The notes beneath the pieces were generated by a model, which was not told where the DNA came from, did no database searches, and saw nothing but the letters and a program-made list of their open reading frames with translations. From Theionarchaea archaeon (GTDB taxonomy: Archaea; Methanobacteriota_B; Thermococci; Methanofastidiosales; SZ-28-30), in the NCBI GenBank assembly GCA_018992685.1, contig JACVGT010000014.1, positions 67,349-131,348 on the forward strand: 64,000 nt of DNA, in the 5' to 3' direction. The position numbers were made by a program, and so were the translations under genes. Shown in pieces: positions 19,347-29,127 of the stretch (positions are counted from its first letter, which is position 1; each line of letters begins with the position of its first letter).

Positions 19347-20672
19347 ACCAGTAAAAGTAAACTCTCCAACCCGGAGAGCAGGGGCACAGACAGCAGCCTT
19401 TGCATACTCCATTCGGAGAATCCCCAGTTCATCACCTATCCCTTGAACGGTGGACAGTGCGCCCAGGACGCTCTGAGTGAATCGCATGTTCTTCAACCCT
19501 TTTACAATTTCTCCATTTTCGATGAGAAAAGTCCCGTCCCTGGTCATTCCGGTGATGACTGTCTTGAGGCGGTGCATGGGGTTAATATAGTGGAATCGGG
19601 TGACCAGAATGGCGCGTTTGCATTCGGAGATCAAATCTTCGAGACTGGATTTGCCTTCACCCATGAACATGTTGGCGGAAAATGGGCCTGTCCCAAAGGG
19701 TAGGTCTATAGCATGTCCGGTATTCTGCGTCCCCGCTTTCTGTGCGTAATATGAATCATACACAACATTACGCGCAATCCCCTGTTCTATGAGATCCACT
19801 TTCTGCCTGGGAACACCTTCTGCATCAAAGGGAAGTGGGAATCCCCTCTCATCCAGTCCATCATCCCATATGGAGATGCTGCTATCTGCCACCTGATCTC
19901 CAAGATGATCTGAAAAAGCACTTCGCCCTTCAAGGTACGGTTGAGCACCAAAGGTCATCATGGCCAGATACATCAGCATTTCACACACTGCCTGTTCTTC
20001 CAGAACTACCTGGTAGGAACCTGGATTTGCGGGTTCAGTTTTTCTGCTGTTCAAAGCCTTGTGGCATGCCTTCTCAGTCAATGCCTCAGAGTTAAGGTCT
20101 TTGTGGTTGCGGGAAAACCTCTGAGCTATTCCCGTTCCTTCGCCCAATCGGGTGTTGATCTTGAAGCAGGAGAGGGTCCCCCTGAAAAAGGCCTCTATTC
20201 CCAGAGAATTGGCTACAGCGATTTCTTCCGTCCCAGTGTAGTGGGTACCAGACACACTCTCCATGCCCATGGTTTCTGCCTGATCTATAGCTGCCTTCAC
20301 CACCAAAGCACGGGCATCTGGTTCCACGTCAGCTGTCTCCTTAAAGAACCCCTTCACTGACGGTACCGGATCAGGTGACGGCAACGACACGAAATCAGGA
20401 ATCTCTCTTTGGACCCGGGCAATGTCGTCAGCTCTTCTCACAGCCTCAGCCATGGATTCAGGATCAAGTTGATTGGTCTGAGCCTTTCCAATTTTCTTTC
20501 CAAAGACAGATCGTATGGTGAGCTCTGCATTGTCTTCCACGACATTCTGATGGATGTAATTGTTGGCAAACCGAGTCAACCCCCAGGACATACCTGATAG
20601 GCGGGCTTCACACTGATCTGCTTTGGACATTTTCACTGCTTTCTCCACAATAGATAAATACTCCTCCTTCAT
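19332..20672 (-). CDS. pmbA: TldD/PmbA family protein (PmbA/TldE-like subunit)
   Basis: TRFANNYIHQN, PFDAEGVP, TGMTRDG; lacks HExxH. Confidence 0.88.
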   Translation of the reverse strand: MKEEYLSIVEKAVKMSKADQCEARLSGMSWGLTRFANNYIHQNVVEDNAELTIRSVFGKKIGKAQTNQLDPESMAEAVRRADDIARVQREIPDFVSLPSPDPVPSVKGFFKETADVEPDARALVVKAAIDQAETMGMESVSGTHYTGTEEIAVANSLGIEAFFRGTLSCFKINTRLGEGTGIAQRFSRNHKDLNSEALTEKACHKALNSRKTEPANPGSYQVVLEEQAVCEMLMYLAMMTFGAQPYLEGRSAFSDHLGDQVADSSISIWDDGLDERGFPLPFDAEGVPRQKVDLIEQGIARNVVYDSYYAQKAGTQNTGHAIDLPFGTGPFSANMFMGEGKSSLEDLISECKRAILVTRFHYINPMHRLKTVITGMTRDGTFLIENGEIVKGLKNMRFTQSVLGALSTVQGIGDELGILRMEYAKAAVCAPALRVGEFTFTGSTLF

Positions 20673-22087
20673 TAACCCACCCCCGTCCTGATGTTTCTAA
20701 ATCGCGCTGGAGCTGCCCCATGGCCCACAAACATGGTTTGAGAGGGCTCACCTTTTCCGCAATTCGGAACGCCCCATAAGTGCCAGTCTTTCGATATTGC
20801 ATCACAGGCCCCCCAGAATTCAGGAGTCAGTGCAGTGTAGCTGGGATTCTTGATGACATCCGTCAGTTCACCATCTTTGATCTTGTATCCAATTTCACAT
20901 CCGAACTGGAAGTTAATTCTCCTGTCGTCAATGCTCCAGCTTTTATTGGTCTGCATGAAGATACCCTCCTGGATATCTTCCAGCAGTTCTTCAAAGGTAT
21001 AGTCTCCTGGCATCAAGTTAACATTAGTCATTCGAATTATTGGCATGAAGTTGAAATCAGTAGCCCGCATAGCCCCATTGCTTCTTTCTCCCATCTGGTG
21101 CGCAGTCTCTCTGGATGTCAGGTACCCTGAGAAGATGCCCCTGTCCACCAGAGTGGTTTTGCATGCCTTAACGCCTTCATCATCATAGCCAAATGTCCCA
21201 AGCCCGCCGGGTGTGGTAGAATCTGCCACGATGGTTACAGAGGGGGATCCATACCTGTAGTGACCCAGTTTTTCTTGAGTGAGGAAGCTCGTTCCTGCAT
21301 AGCTGGCTTCGAATCCGAGAACTCGATCCAGTTCAGTGGGGTGGCCACACGATTCGTGAACCTGCAGAGCCAACTGAGAGGAATCCAGCACAATATCCAT
21401 TGTGCCTGAGGGACATGTTTCAGCATCCACCAACTTGATGGCTTCTTCTGCCGTCTCTTCACAGTGATCATACAAACTGAGCGCTTCAACAAATTCATAC
21501 CCTTGCTGAGAGAAATTCCCATCAAATGAAGTGGGGTATGACCGTTTCTGCACGTCTCCTCCCTTAACCACTATGGCTGTGATACCTGCACCGCAGAAAG
21601 TGGTGTCCTGATGGATTTTGGCGCCTTCAGAACTGGAAAACCACTTTTCCTGAGACCTTGTGCGCATGGAAGCTTGAGCCACCTTGACATCCTTGTGTTC
21701 AAGGAGAGCTCTGCCACAATCTGACAGAAGGGATAATTTCTCTTCCATGGGTACTGAAAAGGGATCTTTTTTCATGGGAGCTTTCCAGGAACCAGTGCAA
21801 GGGGTCAGATCTGACAGCTTGATGTCCTCTTTCTTCGCAAGGGCACTGCCTCGTGCTACCTTGACTGCCCTCGTCGCAGTCTGTTCCGGATCTTGACCAG
21901 CAGCAAAGCCCCAAGCCCCCCTCAGGAGAACACGTACTCCATACCCCTGGTTTACCTTTGAGGATACCTTCTCCGGGTTGCGCCCTCTGACTCGAATCTC
22001 TTCTTCGCGATTTACCACAAACCGTACATCACAGTAGTCAGCACCTTCGTTTACAGCTACAGCAATTACTTTCTCTAGATCTTCCAT
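20672..22087 (-). CDS. tldD: TldD metalloprotease subunit
   Basis: HESCGHPTELDR, YDDEGV, IRMTN, CGKGEP. Confidence 0.93.
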   Translation of the reverse strand: MEDLEKVIAVAVNEGADYCDVRFVVNREEEIRVRGRNPEKVSSKVNQGYGVRVLLRGAWGFAAGQDPEQTATRAVKVARGSALAKKEDIKLSDLTPCTGSWKAPMKKDPFSVPMEEKLSLLSDCGRALLEHKDVKVAQASMRTRSQEKWFSSSEGAKIHQDTTFCGAGITAIVVKGGDVQKRSYPTSFDGNFSQQGYEFVEALSLYDHCEETAEEAIKLVDAETCPSGTMDIVLDSSQLALQVHESCGHPTELDRVLGFEASYAGTSFLTQEKLGHYRYGSPSVTIVADSTTPGGLGTFGYDDEGVKACKTTLVDRGIFSGYLTSRETAHQMGERSNGAMRATDFNFMPIIRMTNVNLMPGDYTFEELLEDIQEGIFMQTNKSWSIDDRRINFQFGCEIGYKIKDGELTDVIKNPSYTALTPEFWGACDAISKDWHLWGVPNCGKGEPSQTMFVGHGAAPARFRNIRTGVG

Positions 22088-22099
22088 AACAGTCCTCTC

Positions 22100-22678
22100 C
22101 TAGTTAGATCCTTTCATCTTCCTTATGAACTGGAACACCCTCCCCCTGAAATCTTCATTTTCTTCCATTCGAAGAAGGATGAGAAACAGTTCCAGCTTCT
22201 TGAGCATGATGATATCCAAAGGTTCGTCGATTTCTTCATATTCTCCAAATAACTCGCTGCGCAGGGCGGTAACGAAGCGTCGACCTTCCGTAATCAAATC
22301 GTCATCAATGTGGATATCCGCGCCCATCTTCTTCATCAGGTGGTAGAGCTTCTCCATCCTCTTGGCAGAGTACGTTTCCAAGAGTCTGGAGGTTTCTTCA
22401 GTTTCGGGCACCAGTATGAAGAAGTGAGCAGTTCGTGCATAGACTTTTTCTGGAATGTGATGAGTTTTCTTCTCTCCCCTCACTTCCACGAATCCCGCTT
22501 CTTCCAGTTTGCTCATGTGCCGATAAATGGTGGACTGGTCTTTCTGCAACACGTCAGCTATCTGGGAAACAGTCAGTTCACTGAATCTGAGAAGAGACAG
22601 AATATTCCTTCTGGTCTCGTCAACGACAATCTTGATCTTTTCGGGGTCTTTCAGGACACGGGTTTCTGATCTCTTCAT
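22100..22678 (-). CDS. ArsR-family winged-helix transcriptional regulator
   Basis: DETRRNILSLL...LTVSQIADVLQKDQSTIYRHMSKLEEAGFV. Confidence 0.9.
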   Translation of the reverse strand: MKRSETRVLKDPEKIKIVVDETRRNILSLLRFSELTVSQIADVLQKDQSTIYRHMSKLEEAGFVEVRGEKKTHHIPEKVYARTAHFFILVPETEETSRLLETYSAKRMEKLYHLMKKMGADIHIDDDLITEGRRFVTALRSELFGEYEEIDEPLDIIMLKKLELFLILLRMEENEDFRGRVFQFIRKMKGSN

Positions 22679-23120
22679 GAGTAAGAGTGGCATAAAGAGT
22701 ATATAAAGGTATTGATGTGCAAGGATGCAGGAGTTTGACTTGCTGAGGAGGGGTGAAGGATTTTGCGAACTACGAATGGCAGAATAACTGAAGATGTTCA
22801 CGGGAATTCTATGTAAAGGCTCATGAAAAAGAGAGGAGAACCGTGCATACTTCGCAAGTGTCGCATTAAAACTAAATGCCCAACTAGGACCTGTTTCTGA
22901 TAGGCCTTTCTCTCGGGCCGAATTCTGTTTTCTCTCAAATGCAGGTTTCTCATCCTCTAATTCTCAGAACCTGTGCCGTGATGCTTAACCACGTGCTCTC
23001 TTGTGGGGTTCTCAGATTCCGAGATTCTGATTCTCACACTCTGCAGTGTTGTCTTGTCATTTTGGATTGATAATCTTCTAAATATAATCGATACAGATAT
23101 ATAATGCCGAGGTGATGTGC

Positions 23121-23210
23121 ATGTGTGTAATATACACACTCATTCTCGGCATGGTCGGGATCATCCTCCTTGGAGGTCCTGTTCCCGGGGATGTACCGTA
23201 CCCCGGATAA
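23121..23210 (+). CDS. Putative 29-aa peptide MCVIYTLILGMVGIILLGGPVPGDVPYPG
   Basis: AT-rich TATA-like boxes at 23078-23104, GAGGTGA RBS at 23109-23115, T-tract downstream; not in the ORF track. Confidence 0.6.
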   Translation: MCVIYTLILGMVGIILLGGPVPGDVPYPG

Positions 23211-23250
23211 GAGAAAGTGAAACACGATAGATGTCTAGGTATACTCAATA

Positions 23251-23266
23251 TTCCTTTTCTTTTTTT
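23251..23266 (+). terminator. Oligo-T archaeal terminator after the peptide ORF
   Basis: TTCCTTTTCTTTTTTT about 40 nt after the stop. Confidence 0.45.
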
Positions 23267-23597
23267 GAACGTTCCTGTTTTCAGAAAGCGAGAGTTGATG
23301 TCATTTTCCGAGAATATCTCTGTGCTCAAACTTTTTCATGCATAGGACCCTGCGCTTCCAGAAGGAGACAGATGCTTTTCAGCTCATACAAGAGGAAGGG
23401 TTCCTGCAGACACGAGAAGAATCCACGCCGTCATCTCACAATTTTCAGCCAGGATTCGAATCTGACGTTCCCTAGACTGTGAGGTTTCTAGCCGCGATAT
23501 TCAATACAAGAGCAGATTGCTGTGGTTGATGCCAGGAGGATTACTCAAGAACGCTGAGAGCATAAACCCTTTTATAACCTCAGAATACATACCACCA

Positions 23598-24500
23598 ATG
23601 GACGACGAACTGAAGAACTTGTTGAAAAGGCAACACTACAGAATTGTAGGAAATCATTCCGCAGTGAAGCTCTGTCATTGGCTTCGGAAAAGCCTTCTAG
23701 AAGATCGGTTCTGCTACAAACAGAAGTTCTATGGAATCAGGTCCCACGGTTGCCTTCAAATGACTCCTGCGGTCATTGCGTGCACACAGAAGTGTCTATT
23801 TTGCTGGAGGCCCACTCAATTCACTGAAACGGCCCTTCCTGAATATGATCCCCCAGATTATATTGTTGAAGAAAGCTTGAAAGCTCAAAAGGCGTTGCTG
23901 GCAGGATATTTCGGGTTGCCAGGAAGGGTTTCTGCACGGAAACTCAAAGAAGCTCAAGATCCTGGTAATGTAGCTATCTCTCTGGCCGGAGAGCCCACCC
24001 TGTACCCTGAACTTTCTGAACTGATACGTCAATATAAATCCCGGGGAATGACCACATTCCTAGTCTCGAATGGTACCAACCCGGAAATTCTTGAGTCGCT
24101 GGAACTTCCCTGGAATCTGTATCTGACGCTGGCTGCTCCCACGGAAGCCATCTACAAGAAACTGTGTCACCCACAGACAAACGGATGGTCAGAAATCATG
24201 GAGACAGTGTCGATGTTCTCTCAGCTTGAGACTCAGAGGGTGATTCGGCTCACTTTGGTGAATCAATTCAACATGGTACATCCTGAAGGTTATGCCCGGC
24301 TCATCGAGAGAGCAGCTCCAGATTTTGTGGAAGCCAAGGCGTACATGTTTGTAGGCTACTCCAGACACAGGATGACTATTGAGAATATGCCTTCTTTTCT
24401 GCAGGTTCAAGAGTTTGCTCATGCAATTGAGGAGCATTCGTCCTATGAGGTTTGTGATTCTCAGAGTGAGAGCAGGGTGGTCTTGCTCAGGCGATCATGA
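23598..24500 (+). CDS. taw1: 4-demethylwyosine synthase (radical SAM)
   Basis: HSAVKLCHW, CYKQKFYGI, CTQKCLFCWR, AISLAGEPTLY, EAKAYM. Confidence 0.95.
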   Translation: MDDELKNLLKRQHYRIVGNHSAVKLCHWLRKSLLEDRFCYKQKFYGIRSHGCLQMTPAVIACTQKCLFCWRPTQFTETALPEYDPPDYIVEESLKAQKALLAGYFGLPGRVSARKLKEAQDPGNVAISLAGEPTLYPELSELIRQYKSRGMTTFLVSNGTNPEILESLELPWNLYLTLAAPTEAIYKKLCHPQTNGWSEIMETVSMFSQLETQRVIRLTLVNQFNMVHPEGYARLIERAAPDFVEAKAYMFVGYSRHRMTIENMPSFLQVQEFAHAIEEHSSYEVCDSQSESRVVLLRRS

Positions 24501-24599
24501 ATGGAGCTACTACAACCTTCTCTCATGTGAATGGAGATTCTCTTGTCATCTGAGCAAACCATTATAATGTATTCCCGAAATGGAAAAGCAGGTGTTATC

Positions 24600-25004
24600 A
24601 TGATGCGGCTGATTGTGAGAGGAATTGAAGCTAGAAGATTCTTGAAAGAAGGAGAAACGTTCCCAGAAGTGGGAATCAAAAACAATAGTTCCATAATAAA
24701 CATGGAAAAAGAAGATGACGGAATATCCATAGATTTCGTATTCAACACCATTTACAATCCTTCTATAGCCACCATAAAGATAGATGGGACATTGTTTTAT
24801 CGAGGAGAGGATGCTGATACGATTCTTGAACAGTGGAGAGCCAGCAAAACCATAAAAAATGTTCACATACAGAATGCAATCATAGAGAAGGGATTAATGG
24901 AGGCAGTTATTCTTGCAAAAGAACTCAATGTTGTACCTCCCATTCCCTTGCCTCGGATCAAGGAAGAGGAGAAAAAAGTTGAAGAGGAATTCTACCATGG
25001 ATAG
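24600..25004 (+). CDS. Conserved archaeal hypothetical protein
   Basis: GIEARRF...KELNVVPPIPLP; overlaps the sepS start. Confidence 0.7.
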   Translation: MMRLIVRGIEARRFLKEGETFPEVGIKNNSSIINMEKEDDGISIDFVFNTIYNPSIATIKIDGTLFYRGEDADTILEQWRASKTIKNVHIQNAIIEKGLMEAVILAKELNVVPPIPLPRIKEEEKKVEEEFYHG

Positions 25005-26466
25005 TCCGATAGAACCTTCAAAGAAAGACTTTGAACAGGGGTGGAAAGGGGAGAGTTCGAGATTCTATGGATCCAAAGGATTTGTTCTACCCTCTCGAAA
25101 GGGTAAACGACATCCTCTTTCAGTACACCTGAGGAAGATAGAGGATATCCTTCTGGACATGGGGTTCGACCAGGTCTTTCTCAAACCTGTGTGGGATGAA
25201 AAGCATGTCCACTTGCAGTACGGACCTGAAGCCCCTGCGATCTTGGATCGATTATACTACCTGGCATCACTGCCCCGTCCTGATATTGGTGTCCCCCAGG
25301 AGATCGAGAATGCCATACTGGAGAGATGTGCTCCCGACATGGGGGAGTTGAAGCAGATTTTCAGGGACTACAAGATGGGTATGATTGATTCAGGGGAGTT
25401 GGTTGAGACGTTTGTCCACAGGTTAGGAATTGCCACGGAAGACGCCCTGTATGTCCTGTCGTTATTTCCCGAGCTGGCAGACATAAAGCCAGACCCGACC
25501 TCCAAAACGTTGATCAGTCATTTTACCACAGCCTGGTTTCCCACGTTAGCATCTTTGAGGAGGGACCCTCCAGTGCTCTTGTATACCTGGGGATGGCGAT
25601 TCAGAAGAGAGCAAAAAGAAGATGCCAGTCATTTGAGAGCCCACTATAACCTCAGTCTGGTAGTCATGGGGGACCTGGGCATTGAGGATGGAAAGGAAAT
25701 CGTGAGAGAGTTCTTCACGCGACTGGGCATGGAGGTCCAATTCGCCCTCAAGGAGAATCAACCAAGCTATTACGCATACAACACCAATTATGAAGTATTC
25801 TGGAAAGGTATGGAAGTAGCAGATATTGGCATGTTCTCTCCCATTGCTTTGGATCACTATAAGATTGAATATCCCGTGTTTAATGCGGGTCCGGGGCTGG
25901 GGCGAATAGTCATGCTCAAAGAAGGGATATCCGACTTGAGACAGGTCCACTTCCCGGAGCTCTATGGGAGGAAATATTCAGATGGCGAAATTCTGGAATC
26001 TCTCTATTTGATTAAGAAGGCCGTAAACACTGAATTGGTGTCAAAGATTGTGGAAGCTGCCCGACAGCACAAAGATGCTGCAAGCCCCTGCAGGTTCACA
26101 GTGTACAAGGACAAAACCATTCAGATCGAGGTTGTGGAAGAAGAGGAAAACACAAGATTAATTGGACCTGCAGGATTCAATGAGTTATATGTATATGATG
26201 GATCAATATATGGCGTTCCACCTGAATCTAAGAATAAGAGAATCCAGGAAATTCTTGAGAGGGGGGTGACTGCTCATCTTTGCTACATGGAAGCGTTTGC
26301 TCATTCTGTGGTTTCTTCTCTGGAAGAAGGTACACACCGCGTGGGCATGGTCAAGAGTATGTCTGACATTAATGTAGACATTCCCTCCCATATCAGAGAC
26401 CATATCAGAGCTCAAGGAAGAATTGACGTGAGAGGCCCGATGTTTTGCACTGTGGTGATTTCTTGA
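24997..26466 (+). CDS. sepS: O-phosphoseryl-tRNA(Cys) synthetase
   Basis: QYGPEAPAILDRLYYLASLPRPDIG, SHFTTAWF, FRREQKEDASHL, GPAGFNELYV, IDVRGPMF. Confidence 0.93.
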   Translation: MDSPIEPSKKDFEQGWKGESSRFYGSKGFVLPSRKGKRHPLSVHLRKIEDILLDMGFDQVFLKPVWDEKHVHLQYGPEAPAILDRLYYLASLPRPDIGVPQEIENAILERCAPDMGELKQIFRDYKMGMIDSGELVETFVHRLGIATEDALYVLSLFPELADIKPDPTSKTLISHFTTAWFPTLASLRRDPPVLLYTWGWRFRREQKEDASHLRAHYNLSLVVMGDLGIEDGKEIVREFFTRLGMEVQFALKENQPSYYAYNTNYEVFWKGMEVADIGMFSPIALDHYKIEYPVFNAGPGLGRIVMLKEGISDLRQVHFPELYGRKYSDGEILESLYLIKKAVNTELVSKIVEAARQHKDAASPCRFTVYKDKTIQIEVVEEEENTRLIGPAGFNELYVYDGSIYGVPPESKNKRIQEILERGVTAHLCYMEAFAHSVVSSLEEGTHRVGMVKSMSDINVDIPSHIRDHIRAQGRIDVRGPMFCTVVIS

Positions 26467-26534
26467 ATAGTTTTCCCCTGCTCTTGGTAAATGTTTTTAA
26501 CTTTGGGTTGACTGTTAGGGGTCGGGGTGATAAC

Positions 26535-26708
26535 ATGAGTGATGTGAAACCAGATTTTGTGGTTCGAGTGGTGAAGGATGTTGGGGGCAAAGACAGATGG
26601 ACTGATGTTGGGGTGGCCTATAGGAATGCACGAGGATCTATCACCATTTACTTGTCAGCTTTGCCTCTCAATGATAAGATGTTACTGATCCCTTCCAAGG
26701 GTGAGTGA
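26535..26708 (+). CDS. 57-aa hypothetical protein (DUF736-like pattern)
   Basis: GGGGTGA RBS; RWTDVGVAY...GSITIYLSALP. Confidence 0.65.
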   Translation: MSDVKPDFVVRVVKDVGGKDRWTDVGVAYRNARGSITIYLSALPLNDKMLLIPSKGE

Positions 26709-27326
26709 GTGATTGGAAAAGGAGGTGAAAGATTCCAACATCTTCTCTCAGAGTATGTTCGGGAAGAGGACTGCTTTGAGAAAGTGGTAACACTGGCTGG
26801 GGTAGATGTCTCCTACAAGGGAGACATTGCCTCAGTCGCCTGTGTAGCCATGGAAGAGGGAGTGGTGACCCAGGAAGTAACCTGGATTGGCCAGCCCTCT
26901 TTCCCCTATGTGAGCTCTTTTTTTGCATTGCGGGAATTTCCTTTGATATATGAAGCGGTTAGAAGGGTTCCATGTGATTTGCTGTTTGTCCACGGGCACG
27001 GGAGAGCTCATCCCAGGAAATTTGGGCTTGCCTGCCACACTGGGTTGTACTTTCAGAGGCCTACTGTAGGAGTAGCAGGCCGGATTCTGGTGGGCGAGTT
27101 TGACAATTCCTATGGGGATTGGACGTATCTGCATTTTCAGAATGAGGCTGTTGGTGCTCTAGTGAGAACACAAGAAAAGATGAATCCCATTGTGGTTAGT
27201 GTGGGGCACATGATATCACTGAAGTCAGCAGTTGACTACACTCGTCTGAGCGTGATGGCTCACAGGTTCCCAGAGGTTGTGCACTTGGCTCACCTACTTT
27301 CCAGGAAGACGCTGGATTCCAGATAA
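26709..27326 (+). CDS. nfi: Endonuclease V family protein (variant active site)
   Basis: AGVDVSY, FPYVSSFFALRE, HGHGRAHPRKFGLACH, VSVGH. Confidence 0.88.
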   Translation: MIGKGGERFQHLLSEYVREEDCFEKVVTLAGVDVSYKGDIASVACVAMEEGVVTQEVTWIGQPSFPYVSSFFALREFPLIYEAVRRVPCDLLFVHGHGRAHPRKFGLACHTGLYFQRPTVGVAGRILVGEFDNSYGDWTYLHFQNEAVGALVRTQEKMNPIVVSVGHMISLKSAVDYTRLSVMAHRFPEVVHLAHLLSRKTLDSR

Positions 27327-27414
27327 CTTCTTCAGGGTGCAGTCCGGTGAATTGCGATAATATCCATGTTCACATTATGAAAAGGGTTTTAAGGTATCCA
27401 CAAAACATCAACTG

Positions 27415-28872
27415 GTGATTCACATGTTTGAGTTAAAAGGAGTCAATGTGGCTCTGGCCACTCCCTTTACCAAGGATTCTGTTGATGAAGAAGCTTTCAA
27501 AAATCTCATCCACTACTGCAAGGCGCAAGGTGTCCATGGGATTGTACCCTGTGGCTCCACAGGTGAATTCTCCAACATGACTTTTGAAGAGAAAGAGCGA
27601 GCCATAGAGATTGCAGTTGAAGAGGCCCAGGGGATGAAGGTCATTGCAGGAACAGGGGATTCAGGAACAGATAAAACCATTGGAATGACGAAGGCAGCCG
27701 AGGACATAGGTGCAGATGCCTGTCTGGTGGTTACCCCTTTTTACATGAAACCAGCAGACAAGGGGATGTTTGAACACTTTGCAGCGTTGGAGGAGTCAGT
27801 TGATCTCCCCATTGTCCTGTACAATATTCCTCCTTTGACAGGTGTTACTCTGCCCTGGAAGGTTGTCGAAGATCTTGCCGAATTGGAAGGCATTGTGGGC
27901 ATCAAAGACTCTTCTGGGAACATGTCGTATATCATGACGTTACTGGAGAAGGTTTCATCTAAGATAAACGTGGTGTGTGGATGGGATGAAATTGTTCTTC
28001 CCTCCCTTGCCGCAGGCGCAGACGGAATGATTTTGGCCTCAGCCAATATAATCGGTGATTACTGGGTGAAAATCTACAATGCCATGCAGAACAAGGAGTA
28101 CGAAAAGGCTGTGGAAATCCAGAAAAGAATCCAGAAATTAACCCGGATCATATGTGCTACAGGTGCTCTTGGGACAAAAGCGGGGCTGAACTACTTGGGT
28201 GTAAAGGTGGGGAAATGCAGGAACCCTCTCATGATTGGTGATACCTTGTCATATGAGAATAAGGAAGAGATTAGAATCGAACTTGAAAAACTGGGGAAAA
28301 TCAAAGCAGAAGAAATTACCTTCAAACTGGAAGGAAAAGAGGTAAAGTCACGGTTTACCACAGCGGGGATTACACCTGCAGTCATTGATGATTTCTCCCT
28401 GAGAATTGGAGAAGCTCTATGTGGCGAAGGGGCAGAAGTAGCTCACATTGATTTGTTGATCGGAGAACGGAAAGGTCCTGTGGGAGAGGCCTATGCCACC
28501 GTGCTGGCTTCTGATAAAAATGCATTGCAGGTCATATTGGAGCCAAATGTCCTGGTAAAACCCAATACACTGATTATCCCGACGGTGAAAATGAAGGACA
28601 TGCGTCATGCCTCTATTGTCTATGGTCCTGCTCAGGCAGGCGTCGCTAAAGCACTGGCAGATTCAGTTCAGGATGGTATTCTGCCCGAAGAAGTGCTGTT
28701 AATTGTCAATGTGTTTGTACATCCTTCAGCCTCGAACAGAAAGCAGGTATACATAAACAATTACAAGGCCACCCGTCACGCCATCAGGAGAGCAATAGAA
28801 GGAAGACCGACCAGGGAAGAGATCATGGAAGTCAAAGACAATGCACGTCATCCCTTCAGGTACTCTCCTTGA
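27415..28872 (+). CDS. DapA/NAL-family class I aldolase fused to a C-terminal formaldehyde-activating enzyme (Fae) domain
   Basis: GSTGE, LYNIP, GIKDSSG in the N-terminal barrel; [36 protein letters not shown] in the C-terminal domain. Confidence 0.9.
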   Translation: MIHMFELKGVNVALATPFTKDSVDEEAFKNLIHYCKAQGVHGIVPCGSTGEFSNMTFEEKERAIEIAVEEAQGMKVIAGTGDSGTDKTIGMTKAAEDIGADACLVVTPFYMKPADKGMFEHFAALEESVDLPIVLYNIPPLTGVTLPWKVVEDLAELEGIVGIKDSSGNMSYIMTLLEKVSSKINVVCGWDEIVLPSLAAGADGMILASANIIGDYWVKIYNAMQNKEYEKAVEIQKRIQKLTRIICATGALGTKAGLNYLGVKVGKCRNPLMIGDTLSYENKEEIRIELEKLGKIKAEEITFKLEGKEVKSRFTTAGITPAVIDDFSLRIGEALCGEGAEVAHIDLLIGERKGPVGEAYATVLASDKNALQVILEPNVLVKPNTLIIPTVKMKDMRHASIVYGPAQAGVAKALADSVQDGILPEEVLLIVNVFVHPSASNRKQVYINNYKATRHAIRRAIEGRPTREEIMEVKDNARHPFRYSP

Positions 28873-29127
28873 CTTCTTTTCCTTTTCCCTTTTCATTTCC
28901 TCTTTCATTTTCACTTCCGTTTTCTTGAATAAGTCCCTTTTGGCCATCACTATCTCCGAAGAAGATTCTTGCACTTGTTCTGAAACTACCGAGGAGTGTA
29001 GAGATTGAAAATCATACCAGAATGTGGAAAGCAGCCCAATCAAGAGCCCTCCAAATGGAAGGGAAAACTTCGTCCCTATAAAAAGAGAGAGAAAGAATTT
29101 GTTACTGTGATCATTGCTCTTGGACGA

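Noticed and set aside
27415-28300. Annotation as ordinary dapA
   Set aside because: The substrate-binding Arg is absent, no lysine-pathway neighbours, and it is fused to Fae
28726-29043. Lys/Glu-rich minus-strand ORF (MAKRDLFKK...)
   Set aside because: Explained by the pyrimidine-rich terminator tract after the aldolase-Fae gene, which it overlaps
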